Source: an uncultured virus (IMG/VR IMGVR_UViG_3300016476_001224)
Lineage: Duplodnaviria > Heunggongvirae > Uroviricota > Caudoviricetes
Length of the DNA: 64,000 nucleotides
IMG/VR virus record: IMGVR_UViG_3300016476_001224
Strand: one strand, 5' to 3'
In this document: in pieces, positions 1-10,027 of the stretch
Numbering within the stretch: the stretch's first letter is position 1
Layout: each line of letters begins with the position of its first letter
Notes under the pieces: model-generated
Database searches by the model: none
The model's input: the letters and a program-made list of their open reading frames with translations, nothing else
What the model was told of the DNA's origin: nothing
Program-made: the position numbers and the translations under genes

Positions 1-1
1 A

Positions 2-691
2 AATGGTTTAACTGCTGATGGTATTGTAGGTGATGGTACTTGGACAAAAATGTTTGGTGCTGCACCTGTTGCTAAAGTTGTTGAATCTGGTTCTCTTAAT
101 TTAGCAGCACTTAAAGGACACATTCCTGATAGTGTAATTGCACAAATTCCTGATACTGCTGCAAAATTTGGTATCACTACTAATTTAAGATTAGCACATT
201 TCTTAGCACAATGTGGTCATGAGTCAGGTGGTTTCAAAGCAGTTACTGAAAACTTAAATTATTCTGCAGATGGTTTAGTTAAAATATTTGGTAAATATTT
301 CAATGCTACTACTGCTGCTTCTTATGCAAGAAATCCTGAAAAAATTGCATCTAAAGTTTATGCATCAAGAATGGGTAATGGTGATGAAGCATCAAAAGAA
401 GGTTTCAAATTCAGAGGTAGAGGTTATATACAATTAACCGGTAAAGAAAACTACACAAAATTTGGTAAATTTATTGGTGAAGATATTGCATCTAATCCTG
501 ATTTAGTTGCAACTAAATATCCTTTAGCTTCAGCTGCATTTTTCTTTAATTCCAATAATCTTTGGTCTATTTGTGATAAAGGTGCAGATGATGCAACAGT
601 TACTGCAGTAACAAAAAGAGTAAATGGTGGAACTATTGGTTTAGCTGATAGAATTAAACACTTTAAAGAGTATTATAATTTACTTACATAA
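2..691 (+). CDS. Endolysin, glycoside hydrolase family 19, with N-terminal peptidoglycan-binding domain (5' truncated by window)
   Basis: GH19 motifs AHFLAQCGHESGGF, FRGRGYIQLTG and VTKRVNGG. The frame is open from base 2 and reads NGLTADGIVGDGTW, typical of a PG_binding_1 domain end, so the start lies upstream of the window. Confidence 0.9.
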   Translation, partial: NGLTADGIVGDGTWTKMFGAAPVAKVVESGSLNLAALKGHIPDSVIAQIPDTAAKFGITTNLRLAHFLAQCGHESGGFKAVTENLNYSADGLVKIFGKYFNATTAASYARNPEKIASKVYASRMGNGDEASKEGFKFRGRGYIQLTGKENYTKFGKFIGEDIASNPDLVATKYPLASAAFFFNSNNLWSICDKGADDATVTAVTKRVNGGTIGLADRIKHFKEYYNLLT

Positions 692-693
692 TA

Positions 694-720
694 AAAAAGA
701 GAGCATTTGCTCTCTTTTTT
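694..720. terminator. Bidirectional intrinsic terminator
   Basis: aaaaaagagagc-attt-gctctcttttt between convergent genes. Confidence 0.8.
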
Positions 721-1352
721 TATTCTAATATTTGAGATAATTTTAAATCTCTTGCAAATGATATACCTGCAACACTTTTCATTATCTCAAACATTTCTTT
801 CTTCTTAAAGAAACCTTCAAATATGGTTTTAATACCATCAGAGTTTTGATAGAGGATCTTTACTTTTAAATTAGGTTGTAATCTACATATAAATTTTTCA
901 TCAATAAGTTCAATTAAATAGGATTGTTCAAATTCAGGACCAACATTAGTTATTGAAGGAGTAAATCCAATCTTTTTCAAGAATGATGTAACATAATCAT
1001 ATCTTTTATATCTACCTACTAATTTAGTTTCAGTATCATAATATGAAAATCTTGATGGTAAACCTCTAAAATCATCTTCTGTTCCTATATGGAAACAATC
1101 ATTATCATCTAATAATAGAGTTAATTTTTCATTTCTTGAAGTTTCAGTAGTTAAGTTATTATTGGTTTCAATTCTATTAGAAATCATATCATCAAATATA
1201 AAATATACTTTATTATTCTCTTGTGATAATCTATCACATTCATCAATAAGAGATTGTTTAATCTCTGAGTTTTTATAATTAAAGTCAATTGGTTCTAATA
1301 CTGGTCTTTCTGCAAAGGAAATAGTACCATCAGGGTTCATAACTATTTTCAT
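720..1352 (-). CDS. Hypothetical protein with internal and C-terminal RxxKLxxLL-type motifs
   Basis: 210 aa ORF; internal RNEKLTLLLD and C-terminal RDLKLSQILE. Confidence 0.75.
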   Translation of the reverse strand: MKIVMNPDGTISFAERPVLEPIDFNYKNSEIKQSLIDECDRLSQENNKVYFIFDDMISNRIETNNNLTTETSRNEKLTLLLDDNDCFHIGTEDDFRGLPSRFSYYDTETKLVGRYKRYDYVTSFLKKIGFTPSITNVGPEFEQSYLIELIDEKFICRLQPNLKVKILYQNSDGIKTIFEGFFKKKEMFEIMKSVAGISFARDLKLSQILE

Positions 1353-1421
1353 AATTATTATATGAAGAATAAGGTTTTTGTTTTAAAAATATAATATATA
1401 GATTATAAAAAAGATATAAAT

Positions 1422-1763
1422 ATGAAACATTTAAAAAAGTTTGAGAGCTTTTCGGTTAATGAGGAAGAAGGATCATTTAGAAAATTCTTTACTGGACACT
1501 CAGATAATGCTGAAAAATTTGGAACTATGAAATCTTTTCTTGTAGATTTAGAAAAGTTTGAAAAAAAGGCAGCAGAAGATGATAGTATTGTTTTCAATAA
1601 AGAGACTTTACTAAAAAAAGCAAAAGAGAATAACTACAAAGGACACTTAGAAGAAAGAGACTCAAGAAGTGGTGGTACATATATTATATATGTTAAAGGT
1701 GCATCTGACTTTGATAAAATTGCAGGAGCTGCAGCACATAAAAGAAATAATCCTTTAAACTAA
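1422..1763 (+). CDS. Hypothetical protein with capsid-targeting-like N-terminal leader
   Basis: Starts MKHLKKFESF; TAATATATA at 1392-1400 upstream. Confidence 0.75.
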   Translation: MKHLKKFESFSVNEEEGSFRKFFTGHSDNAEKFGTMKSFLVDLEKFEKKAAEDDSIVFNKETLLKKAKENNYKGHLEERDSRSGGTYIIYVKGASDFDKIAGAAAHKRNNPLN

Positions 1764-1766
1764 TTA

Positions 1767-1790
1767 AAAAACCACTCAAATGAGTGGTTT
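1767..1790. terminator. Bidirectional terminator, repeated at about 14656-14679 and 25776-25800
   Basis: aaaaccactca-aa-tgagtggtttt. Confidence 0.85.
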
Positions 1791-2197
1791 TATTTATTTA
1801 ATACTTTTTTATCTATTTCATCCAATGAATCAATTCCTTTCTCATTAATTTTATCCAATACATCATCAATAGTAGTATTGTCTAATCTAAAATTCTCAAA
1901 TAATTTTGGTGTAAATCTCTCAACCTCAGGATATAACTTTTGCATTTCACCTGAAATTACTTTATCAGTAACATCAGTTTTACAGAAAATAAAATACTTT
2001 TTAAAAATTGCTTCAATTTTTTTAACTTTATATTCATCTAATCTAACAAATAAATCATCACTATCAGTAAAACCAATATATTCTTGGTCTTTCTCATCTA
2101 AACATTCTGTTAATTCCTCATAAAATGGGTGTACCTCATCTTCTTTATAATCAGGTGTATTTCCATCAACCATTCTAAGTAAGTAAATTCTATTCAT
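1790..2197 (-). CDS. Hypothetical protein with C-terminal DUF6576-like helix hairpin
   Basis: C-terminus IDDVLDKINEKGIDSLDEIDKKVL. Start moved to MNRIYL at 2197 because a host-type promoter lies at 2216-2246. Confidence 0.65.
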   Translation of the reverse strand: MNRIYLLRMVDGNTPDYKEDEVHPFYEELTECLDEKDQEYIGFTDSDDLFVRLDEYKVKKIEAIFKKYFIFCKTDVTDKVISGEMQKLYPEVERFTPKLFENFRLDNTTIDDVLDKINEKGIDSLDEIDKKVLNK

Positions 2198-2215
2198 GTG
2201 GTTATTTTGTTTAAA

Positions 2216-2246
2216 CAAATATAACACTATTTATTAAATCTACAAA
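2216..2246 (-). promoter_or_regulatory. Bacteroidota-type promoter (-33 TTTG, -7 TAnnTTTG)
   Basis: Minus strand TTTG-N19-TATATTTG. Confidence 0.65.
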
Positions 2247-2304
2247 ATTATTTATAACTTTTTTAAAAAATAGTTATATAAAATGTAAATTAAATTGAAA
2301 ATTA

Positions 2305-3834
2305 ATGTTAGTAGAAACAAGTTATTTAACTAATACCAAAAAATTGGTTTGTAGTTATGTTGATAAATCAGGAGATATAAAACTCAAGTACTATGACTGG
2401 GACACACCTATGAAATATGTATCTTGTGAAGATGATGATCCACAAAGACATGAAAAGTTTAGATCTTGGGATGGTAAATCAGTAAAACAAGTTGAAGTAA
2501 ACCACCCTGACAGATATGCCATTTATGAATTTTTGGATTCACTACCAGAAAAAGAAAAGGAAGAAATTTTTGAGTTCAACTTACCTAAGATATATTTTAT
2601 AGATATTGAAACTGAAATTGTAGATGGATTCCCAGAAGCTGCAGATATTAAAGATGCAGATGGTAATATCATTACAGAAGGAGCTGCTACAAAAGTACTT
2701 TCTATTTCTATTGTATATGATGATAAGATAATTCTTTTGGGTCTTAAAGACATGCCAGAAGATATGCAAGAAAGAATATGTAAAAACACTAATAAATACT
2801 TTGAGAAGTTTGGTACAGAATACAAACTAAAATATGTAAAGTATGAAGATGAGTTTGATATGTTGTATGCTTTCTTCAATAAAATGATTCCTAAAATGCC
2901 ATTATTAACAGGTTGGAACTTCTTAAACTATGACTGGTTATATTTAGTAAACAGAAGTAGAAAATTATCTAAATGGATGAATGGTAAAGAATGGAGAATT
3001 GACCCTGCAGTATCATCACCATTAAAAAGAATTAATAAAATGTGGGGTACAGACTTTGAAGTACCTGCACATAGAATGATTTTTGATTATATGCAGTTAT
3101 ATGAAATCTGTGATACTTCTATTAAAGTAAAAGAATCATCATCATTAGACTTTGTTTCCAGTAAACTTGTTGGTGTTGATAAGATTAAATATACTGGTTC
3201 ATTACAAAAATTATATGAGGATGACTTTGAAACCTTTATGTATTATAATGCGGTTGACTCTGTGTTAGTACAGAAAATACATGATGCAAGAAATTATATA
3301 TCAATTGTTTATGCAATCTCATCATTGGCACAAATTAGAATAGTAGATGTTGTTTCACAAATGAATGGTGCTTTAGCATCTTTAGCAATTACTGAGGGTG
3401 TTTTAAGAAACAGATTTAGAGATATGGATAACATTGTACTCTTTAAAGATGAAAGAGGTGATGGTGAATCTACAATTGCAGGTGGTTGGGTTAAAGATCC
3501 TGTTGTTGGTATGAACCAATGGGTAGTTGTTTATGACTTTGCTTCACTATATCCAACAACACAAAGACAATTCTTTATTTCACCAGAGAACTTTGTTGGT
3601 GTACAAAATCCAAATAATAAAGATTTTTGTGATAATGGAAGACCAATTGATAAAGAGAAACATGTTGTTTGTGTAAATGGTGTAGTATTTGAGAAAAGAT
3701 TATCACCAACTCTTAGGATGCTTGAAGATGTCTATGCAGACAGAAAATACAATAAAGGTATTATGATGAAAAAGAAAGATGAACTCAAAGCAGTAATGGA
3801 TGAGATAAAAGAATTAGAAGCTGAATTAGATTAA
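2305..3834 (+). CDS. polB: Family B DNA polymerase, N-terminal subunit of a split enzyme (3'-5' exonuclease plus motif A)
   Basis: ExoI DIETE, ExoII GWNFLNYD, ExoIII YNAVD, GGWVKDP and motif A YDFASLYP. Ends in a fingers helix with no motif B or motif C and is followed by a terminator. Confidence 0.9.
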   Translation: MLVETSYLTNTKKLVCSYVDKSGDIKLKYYDWDTPMKYVSCEDDDPQRHEKFRSWDGKSVKQVEVNHPDRYAIYEFLDSLPEKEKEEIFEFNLPKIYFIDIETEIVDGFPEAADIKDADGNIITEGAATKVLSISIVYDDKIILLGLKDMPEDMQERICKNTNKYFEKFGTEYKLKYVKYEDEFDMLYAFFNKMIPKMPLLTGWNFLNYDWLYLVNRSRKLSKWMNGKEWRIDPAVSSPLKRINKMWGTDFEVPAHRMIFDYMQLYEICDTSIKVKESSSLDFVSSKLVGVDKIKYTGSLQKLYEDDFETFMYYNAVDSVLVQKIHDARNYISIVYAISSLAQIRIVDVVSQMNGALASLAITEGVLRNRFRDMDNIVLFKDERGDGESTIAGGWVKDPVVGMNQWVVVYDFASLYPTTQRQFFISPENFVGVQNPNNKDFCDNGRPIDKEKHVVCVNGVVFEKRLSPTLRMLEDVYADRKYNKGIMMKKKDELKAVMDEIKELEAELD

Positions 3835-3839
3835 AAGTT

Positions 3840-3864
3840 AAAACCCTCCATAAAAGAGGGTTTT
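3840..3864. terminator. Bidirectional terminator
   Basis: aaaaccctc-cataaaa-gagggtttt. Confidence 0.75.
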
Positions 3865-4039
3865 ATTCATTTAATCTATCAATGTGTTGTGTAAAGTAGT
3901 CACCAAATCTTTCAATACATTTGTCATATATTTCAAGTTCATTTGAAAACCCACTTTCAATCAACTCATCAATAAATTCAAAGATTTCTTCTGTTGTTGT
4001 GTAGATAGAAAATTCGTCATGATGTAAGATGTGTTCCAT
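3863..4039 (-). CDS. Small acidic hypothetical protein (58 aa, absent from ORF track)
   Basis: Hand translation MEHILHHDEFSIYTTTEEIFEFIDELIESGFSNELEIYDKCIERFGDYFTQHIDRLNE*; ends at the terminator. Confidence 0.6.
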   Translation of the reverse strand: MEHILHHDEFSIYTTTEEIFEFIDELIESGFSNELEIYDKCIERFGDYFTQHIDRLNE

Positions 4040-4188
4040 AGATAATAGGGTAGTTTAATCTATATATCATATAAAAAATATAAAAAACCTCATTTTTTAA
4101 CAAAAATTACAAAAAAATTAAAAAAATCTTATTTTCTAAACAATTACCTTTTATATCATATAAAAAGTAACAAAAATATCATATAAAT

Positions 4189-5856
4189 ATGTCATTAAAA
4201 AAAGACCTCTTAAAATATAATCCAAGAAGAGAACAGCAAGAAACCTTGGATTTTATTGATGCAGAATATAAAAAAAATCCACTTAATAAATTCTTCTTAT
4301 TAAACCTTCCAGTTGGTACTGGTAAAAGCCACTTAGCACTTATGCTTGCTGATTGGTATAGAAAAAATGTCAATAGAATGGCCAGAGTAGATATTATTAC
4401 AAATAGTAAACTTTTACAAGACCAATATGCTGATACATATGATTCAATATGTGATTTGAAAGGTAAAGAAAACTATGAGTGTGAAGAATATGCTTGCTCT
4501 TGTGCTCAAGGTGCTGAATTTGCAAGATTAAATAAAACTTCTTGTGAAAGTTGTCCTTATAACTCTGCAAGAGACTCATATATAAATGGTGGTATCTCAC
4601 TTACTAACTTCTATCTTTATATATTATATGCAATGTATAATCCTAAATTGATGGAAGCAAGAGGTGCAAGAGTATTAATTGTTGATGAAGCACATGAGTT
4701 TGATGATGTAATGACTGGGTTTGTATCTATAAAGATAACAGAAACAATCATTAAGAAGTTTAAGTTTTCCAATGAACCTGTTCTATTAAAGGAATTGAAA
4801 CAAATTTCAACTATAGCTCATTATGTTGAGTTTTTAAAGTATCTAAATACTGAAATTGTATCAACTATGGAACAAATGGAAAAAGGAATGTATAAAGCAC
4901 CTAGAGATGTTGTTTCTGATAAAAGAGATTTAAAAATATCAAAAGTTCTTAATGTTAAGAACAAAGATGTTAAGATGATGCAATTAATGACTGATCTTAA
5001 ACAATATCAGTTAAAAATTGAGATATTCTTAAAAGAGTATAAAGACAATCCAAATAACTGGGTATTGGAAACATCTTATAATGAAAAGTTAAGACAGAAA
5101 GAATTGTCATTGGAACCAATATGGGCTTATGACTACTTAGACAAGTATGTTTTCTCACACTATGATATGGTTTTTCTAATGTCAGGTACTATTTTAGATA
5201 AGAATTTATTCTGTCAGTTAAATGGATTAGATGTTACAAAGGCAGTTTATTATTCTATTGAATCTCCTTTCCCTGTTAAGAATAGACCAATCTATTATAT
5301 GCCAATTGGCAAGATGTCATTTAAACAAAAAGAAGAAACATTTGAGAGGTACATTCCATATATTAAGAAAATACTTGATAAGTATAGTACTTCTAAAGGT
5401 GTAATTCATACAAACTCATTTGAGTTATCAAACTGGATTCAAAAATCTATAAAGGATAAAAGGTTGATTTTTCATGATTCAACTAATAAAGATGAAATGT
5501 TAAGAATGCATTGTGAGAGTGATAAACCTACAGTAATTGTTTCACCATCTATGGACACTGGAGTTAGTTTTGATGATGATTTGGCAAGGTTTCAAATTAT
5601 TGCTAAAATTCCTTATCCAACTTTAGGTTCTCAGAAAAACAAAATGAGACAAAGTAATAATCCTGATTGGTATGCTTGGAAGACAGTTTCAGGAATTATA
5701 CAGATGAGTGGTAGACCAATTAGATCTAATAAGGATTATGCAGATACTATTATTATAGATGGTTCATTTGGTGATGTGATGAAACATAGTTCACAATTTT
5801 TACCTGATTGGGTACAAAATGCCATTAAGAGAATTAACATTAAAGTTACTTCATAA
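4189..5856 (+). CDS. DinG/XPD-like superfamily 2 helicase
   Basis: Q-motif PRREQ, Walker A PVGTGKS, DEAH, SGT, QMSGRPIRS, and a Cys cluster compatible with an Fe-S site. Confidence 0.88.
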   Translation: MSLKKDLLKYNPRREQQETLDFIDAEYKKNPLNKFFLLNLPVGTGKSHLALMLADWYRKNVNRMARVDIITNSKLLQDQYADTYDSICDLKGKENYECEEYACSCAQGAEFARLNKTSCESCPYNSARDSYINGGISLTNFYLYILYAMYNPKLMEARGARVLIVDEAHEFDDVMTGFVSIKITETIIKKFKFSNEPVLLKELKQISTIAHYVEFLKYLNTEIVSTMEQMEKGMYKAPRDVVSDKRDLKISKVLNVKNKDVKMMQLMTDLKQYQLKIEIFLKEYKDNPNNWVLETSYNEKLRQKELSLEPIWAYDYLDKYVFSHYDMVFLMSGTILDKNLFCQLNGLDVTKAVYYSIESPFPVKNRPIYYMPIGKMSFKQKEETFERYIPYIKKILDKYSTSKGVIHTNSFELSNWIQKSIKDKRLIFHDSTNKDEMLRMHCESDKPTVIVSPSMDTGVSFDDDLARFQIIAKIPYPTLGSQKNKMRQSNNPDWYAWKTVSGIIQMSGRPIRSNKDYADTIIIDGSFGDVMKHSSQFLPDWVQNAIKRINIKVTS

Positions 5857-5945
5857 AAAATAAATATGATATGATATATTATTAAATTAAATCACTATAC
5901 TAATTTACAACCACTATGTAGTAAAATAAATAGAGATATAAAGAA

Positions 5946-5981
5946 AAACAAAATAACCACTATATAGTGGTTATTTTGTTT
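5946..5981. terminator. 36-bp perfect palindrome, likely bidirectional terminator
   Basis: aaacaaaataaccactat|atagtggttattttgttt between convergent genes. Confidence 0.75.
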
Positions 5982-6153
5982 AATTGTAATAGTACTCTTG
6001 TTTATATTTATCAAATAATTCTTCTGTTGAATAATATGTACCTCTATACTCCCATTTAGTGTTATTATGTATGTAACAATTCTTTAATAGAAATTCTGCA
6101 AATTCAATAGTTTCATCACCTGTAAAATTTTCAAATAATTTAATTTTATTCAT
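5980..6153 (-). CDS. Small protein with capsid-targeting-like leader (57 aa, absent from ORF track)
   Basis: MNKIKLFENFTGDETIEFAEFLLKNCY...; TIEFAEFLLKNCY resembles NIEFAEYLRQNFY in ORF 13732. Confidence 0.65.
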   Translation of the reverse strand: MNKIKLFENFTGDETIEFAEFLLKNCYIHNNTKWEYRGTYYSTEELFDKYKQEYYYN

Positions 6154-6155
6154 AA

Positions 6156-6668
6156 TTACTTTTGTTTTTTCAAAATAGCTTTTTGCATTGCTTCCGGTAA
6201 TTTCTTTTGAGCAGCTGTTAAACCTTTTTTACCATCTTTTTTGTCTTCTTTCTTATCATCTTTTTTAGCATCTTTAGCAGCCTTTTTCATACTTTCTTTT
6301 TTATCTCCATCTTTATCTAAATCTAAAAAATCTGGTTTACCTTTTCCACCTTTTTTGCCTTTTTCTTCTTTATCTGCTTTTTTACCTTTTTGTTTATCTA
6401 AATAAGCTTGAAAACCTGGATTAATCTTTTTCTTTTCCACTACTTCTTCATCACCCCATCTTCTGATTCTGTGTTCATCTTCTTCTTGTTCTTCTTGTTC
6501 TTCATCTTCATATCTTTCCTCTTCTTCATCCTCTACTTCATTAGCAAACTCTTCTTCTTCTGTATCAGAATCAGTAAAATCTTGCTCTTCAAAGTTAGGA
6601 TCTTTAACTTCTTCTTCATCATTGAATCTTCCAAAGTCAAAGTTTTCAAATTTCTTTAAGTGTTTCAT
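6156..6668 (-). CDS. Charged low-complexity protein, probable internal head protein
   Basis: MKHLKKFENF leader, acidic then Lys-rich blocks, KPDFLDLDKDGDKKESMKKAAKD; TTAATATATA on minus strand at 6693-6702. Confidence 0.7.
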   Translation of the reverse strand: MKHLKKFENFDFGRFNDEEEVKDPNFEEQDFTDSDTEEEEFANEVEDEEEERYEDEEQEEQEEDEHRIRRWGDEEVVEKKKINPGFQAYLDKQKGKKADKEEKGKKGGKGKPDFLDLDKDGDKKESMKKAAKDAKKDDKKEDKKDGKKGLTAAQKKLPEAMQKAILKKQK

Positions 6669-6750
6669 GGTTTTAGCTATTTTATTTTATTATATATATT
6701 AATGTTTTTTTATGGTTTTTACACTTTTTCTATAAAAATGAAAAATATTT

Positions 6751-6760
6751 TTAATATATA
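6751..6760 (+). promoter_or_regulatory. Putative phage late promoter TTAATATATA (representative of about 19 copies)
   Basis: Recurs shortly upstream of structural, leader-bearing and endonuclease genes on both strands. Confidence 0.7.
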
Positions 6761-6765
6761 ACTCT

Positions 6766-7566
6766 ATGAAGATACAAAGATTAGAAGAGTTTGCTCTTTA
6801 TGACAAAATGGCACAAGATTTCCTTAACTCATTTGACATGCCAATAAAAGAATCATCAGGTGGTACAAGAAAACCATCTTATAAAAGGATTCAAACTAAA
6901 ACAATGAAAGACTTGAGATTAAACACTCGTTTAATTTCTACTTTTGGTACTGGTATGACTGCATTTTATCCTATAGTTGATAGTTTAATGAAAAATATGA
7001 ATATTGATTCTATTGAAATGGATGCAAGTAAAGTTGTACTTCTTACTATTTGTGCTTTTTCTATAATCTATTTAGAAGAGAAAAAGTTTAAAGATGCAGA
7101 GGAAGAAGAAATTTTAACAAAAGATTCTAAATCTATGTTAGAAGAATTAAGAATGATGGGTATTGGAAATGGAATAGTTAAAGATATTATTAAAGCTTTT
7201 CAATCAATAAAAGGTATTTTTCAATTAATAGCAAAACATATAAATACGGTTGTAGGTAGTTTTATAGATATGTTTGCTTATACTGCAATTTTAATTCCTG
7301 TATTAAATGGTATTTCATATATTGTTGGTAAATATGATATGAACTTACAAACATTTTTAGCAAACTTTTTAGGTCTATCAATGGGTGTTGCAACAATAAT
7401 AACTAAACATGGTATTGTTGAATTAGTAAAAAAACTAAAAAGAAGACTTCATATTTCTAATCAAGACCAGAAAGAAATCATTGATGAGTTAGAAAATACT
7501 AATATTAAAAAACTTTCAACTTTTGGAGCTGACCCAAAAGAAGGTGAAATGATTAATGAACAGTAA
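6766..7566 (+). CDS. Hypothetical protein with hydrophobic, possibly membrane, segments
   Basis: 266 aa; hydrophobic stretches; TTAATATATA at 6751-6760. Confidence 0.7.
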   Translation: MKIQRLEEFALYDKMAQDFLNSFDMPIKESSGGTRKPSYKRIQTKTMKDLRLNTRLISTFGTGMTAFYPIVDSLMKNMNIDSIEMDASKVVLLTICAFSIIYLEEKKFKDAEEEEILTKDSKSMLEELRMMGIGNGIVKDIIKAFQSIKGIFQLIAKHINTVVGSFIDMFAYTAILIPVLNGISYIVGKYDMNLQTFLANFLGLSMGVATIITKHGIVELVKKLKRRLHISNQDQKEIIDELENTNIKKLSTFGADPKEGEMINEQ

Positions 7567-7574
7567 TTATTTGC

Positions 7575-7601
7575 AAACTTAGGTATTACTTTTTATATAA
7601 T
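7575..7601 (+). promoter_or_regulatory. Putative middle promoter AAC-N17/18-TATAA (representative)
   Basis: Same spacing before polB, both helicases, and ORFs 720(-), 17600, 25458 and 40159. Confidence 0.55.
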
Positions 7602-7626
7602 AATAAATAAGTAAATAACCAAATAA

Positions 7627-8958
7627 ATGACACCACAATTAGAAAAAATTTTTTTCAGCTACATATTAAAGAACAAAAAGTTCTTTGATGTGGTTAAACC
7701 TTTCTTTTATAGAAATGCTGAGATACAATTTGTGTATAATGTTGTCAGAGATTATATGTTAAAGACTTCTGATACTGCAATACCATCACCAAGACAAATT
7801 CTTGATATGGTGACATTGGAAGATAAAGAAGGTATTATTACAAAGGATATATTAAAATCAATTTTACAGGTAGACTTAAAAGAGTATGATGAAAAGAAAT
7901 TTATTGAACCAAAGTTTAATGCTTGGGTTTTACAAAATCGTCTAAAAACTGGAACTATTGATATTATTGATGAAACCAGAGGACTTGATTCAATAAATGA
8001 CTTTGAAAAAGCTATAGATGCTGCTAATAGAATTAGAGCAATTGTAGATGAAATGTCAAGTACTAATTTTGTTGATGATGAAGATATGGGTTCTGATTTT
8101 GATGATCCAGAATCACATAATCAAAATACATCTGCACTAAAAGTAAAAAGTGGATTTGAAACTATTGACCATATGTTAGGTGGTGGATGGGACCAAGCAT
8201 CATTAAACTTACTAATGGCTGCAACAAATGCAGGTAAAAGTTTATGGATGCAGAACTTTGCAGTTAAAGCAGCTGATATGGGTTACAATGTTCTTTACAT
8301 TTCATTAGAAATGACAGAGAAGAAAGTAATGAAACGTTTAGGTGCTATGCGTTTGAGAATACCTATAAATGATTATGATAATATATCTAAAGATGGATCT
8401 TTCATTAAGAAAAGAATTGATGCTTTAGGTCAAGCAGAGGGTGGAGATATTTTCAACAAAAAAGTTGGTAAAATATTTTGCAAGTTCTGGGCAGCAGGTA
8501 CTTCAACAGTTAATGACTTTGATAACTATTTACAGAAATTAAAAGAGAAAAAGGATATAAAAATTGACTTTGTAATAGTTGATTATATTACTCTTATTGC
8601 ACCAATTAAAGGAATTGGTTCAGATAACCTTTACACTAAAGGTAAACAACTTGCAGAGGGTTTAAGAGGACTTGCTGCAAAATGGAAGTGTCCAGTACTA
8701 AGTGCTGTACAAGTTGCTAAGGATGCTTGGAATGCATCAGATATTACATTAGAAAGTATTCCTGAGTCTAAAGCAATTGCAGAAACTGCTGATAGTTTCT
8801 TTGTTATTATTAGAACAGAAGAAATGAAAAGACAGAATTTATACAGATTTAAACTATTAAAGCAAAGGGATGGTGATTTCTCACAATCTCAAATTAGAGT
8901 AAACTTAAACCCTACTTACTTAACTTTAGAGGGAGACCAGTTTATTGATGCTGTATAA
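7627..8958 (+). CDS. Replicative helicase, T4 gp41/DnaB-like
   Basis: Walker A AATNAGKS, LYISLEM, VIVDY, SAVQ, LLKQRDG. Confidence 0.9.
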   Translation: MTPQLEKIFFSYILKNKKFFDVVKPFFYRNAEIQFVYNVVRDYMLKTSDTAIPSPRQILDMVTLEDKEGIITKDILKSILQVDLKEYDEKKFIEPKFNAWVLQNRLKTGTIDIIDETRGLDSINDFEKAIDAANRIRAIVDEMSSTNFVDDEDMGSDFDDPESHNQNTSALKVKSGFETIDHMLGGGWDQASLNLLMAATNAGKSLWMQNFAVKAADMGYNVLYISLEMTEKKVMKRLGAMRLRIPINDYDNISKDGSFIKKRIDALGQAEGGDIFNKKVGKIFCKFWAAGTSTVNDFDNYLQKLKEKKDIKIDFVIVDYITLIAPIKGIGSDNLYTKGKQLAEGLRGLAAKWKCPVLSAVQVAKDAWNASDITLESIPESKAIAETADSFFVIIRTEEMKRQNLYRFKLLKQRDGDFSQSQIRVNLNPTYLTLEGDQFIDAV

Positions 8959-8980
8959 AAGATAAAATTAAAATATAACT

Positions 8981-9925
8981 ATGACCAAGATTATAGATGA
9001 TGATGACTTTGAAAATGATTTTGAAAGTGATTTTGAAGGACCTTCAATGGAAGAGTTTGAAGATGATGATGTAGATGATTCAGGTTCAGATGATGATTTA
9101 GATTTTGATGATGATGATAATTTAGATATTATTATTGAGATTGATGAAGATGAACTTGATTTAATTGAAGAAGTAAAGCCTATTACATCTGACAATGATG
9201 ATATTGTACTTTCCAAACATAAAATAGAAGGTAAACACTCTTTGAAATATGATTCCATATTCAAAGGTAAAAAAGATGACCCTGTAGATGAAGATGATAC
9301 AGCAGATTTATTCTCAGGATATTATAAAGAAACAATAGAAGTAGATAGAGGTTCTAATTACCACTTTGAATCTATTGACAATGAAATGTATGTTAGATCT
9401 AAATTAGTTAAAGAAAGAGTTTATGCTATTTTAGGTGAACACACTTCTATTAACTTTTTGAATAATAGAAGAAAACCATCAAGAGTAGATTTTAACAATT
9501 ATTACTCTTTATTAAAAAATCATCTTAAAGATGAGAGTTTTACTAATGTTGAACTTTTTAATGAATTATCAGTTTATTTTTCAGATAATTTATTTAATAT
9601 GTTTAAATTATTAGACAACAAATGGAGAAATATGATTATAAATGAACTACAAGACCATATTGGTAAAAACACAAGTTCTAAAGATATTACAAATAGAAAT
9701 ATCTATGAAGGGACTGAGTTAGAGTTTGTTTGGGTTGACCCAATTACAGATGAAGAGAAGATAATAACTGGTGTTGTATTAGAAACATATTATGAAAAAA
9801 ATTCCTTTAAGATAGATTCTTATGAGAATATTTATAACATAAATCTTAATGATATTACAAAAATATTAAATAACACAAAATTTAAGTATAACTTAAACAA
9901 ACTGAATAACATAGATTTTTTATAA
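8981..9925 (+). CDS. Hypothetical protein with very acidic N-terminus
   Basis: 314 aa; D/E-rich first 60 aa; lies directly downstream of the helicase gene. Confidence 0.75.
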   Translation: MTKIIDDDDFENDFESDFEGPSMEEFEDDDVDDSGSDDDLDFDDDDNLDIIIEIDEDELDLIEEVKPITSDNDDIVLSKHKIEGKHSLKYDSIFKGKKDDPVDEDDTADLFSGYYKETIEVDRGSNYHFESIDNEMYVRSKLVKERVYAILGEHTSINFLNNRRKPSRVDFNNYYSLLKNHLKDESFTNVELFNELSVYFSDNLFNMFKLLDNKWRNMIINELQDHIGKNTSSKDITNRNIYEGTELEFVWVDPITDEEKIITGVVLETYYEKNSFKIDSYENIYNINLNDITKILNNTKFKYNLNKLNNIDFL

Positions 9926-10027
9926 AAAAAATATTTTTTTTATAATATAAAAAACCAATAAAAAACAAAATATTGATTTTTTTAGAGAAAAAATTAATTC
10001 AATATATAAAAAACAAAAAAATTATAA

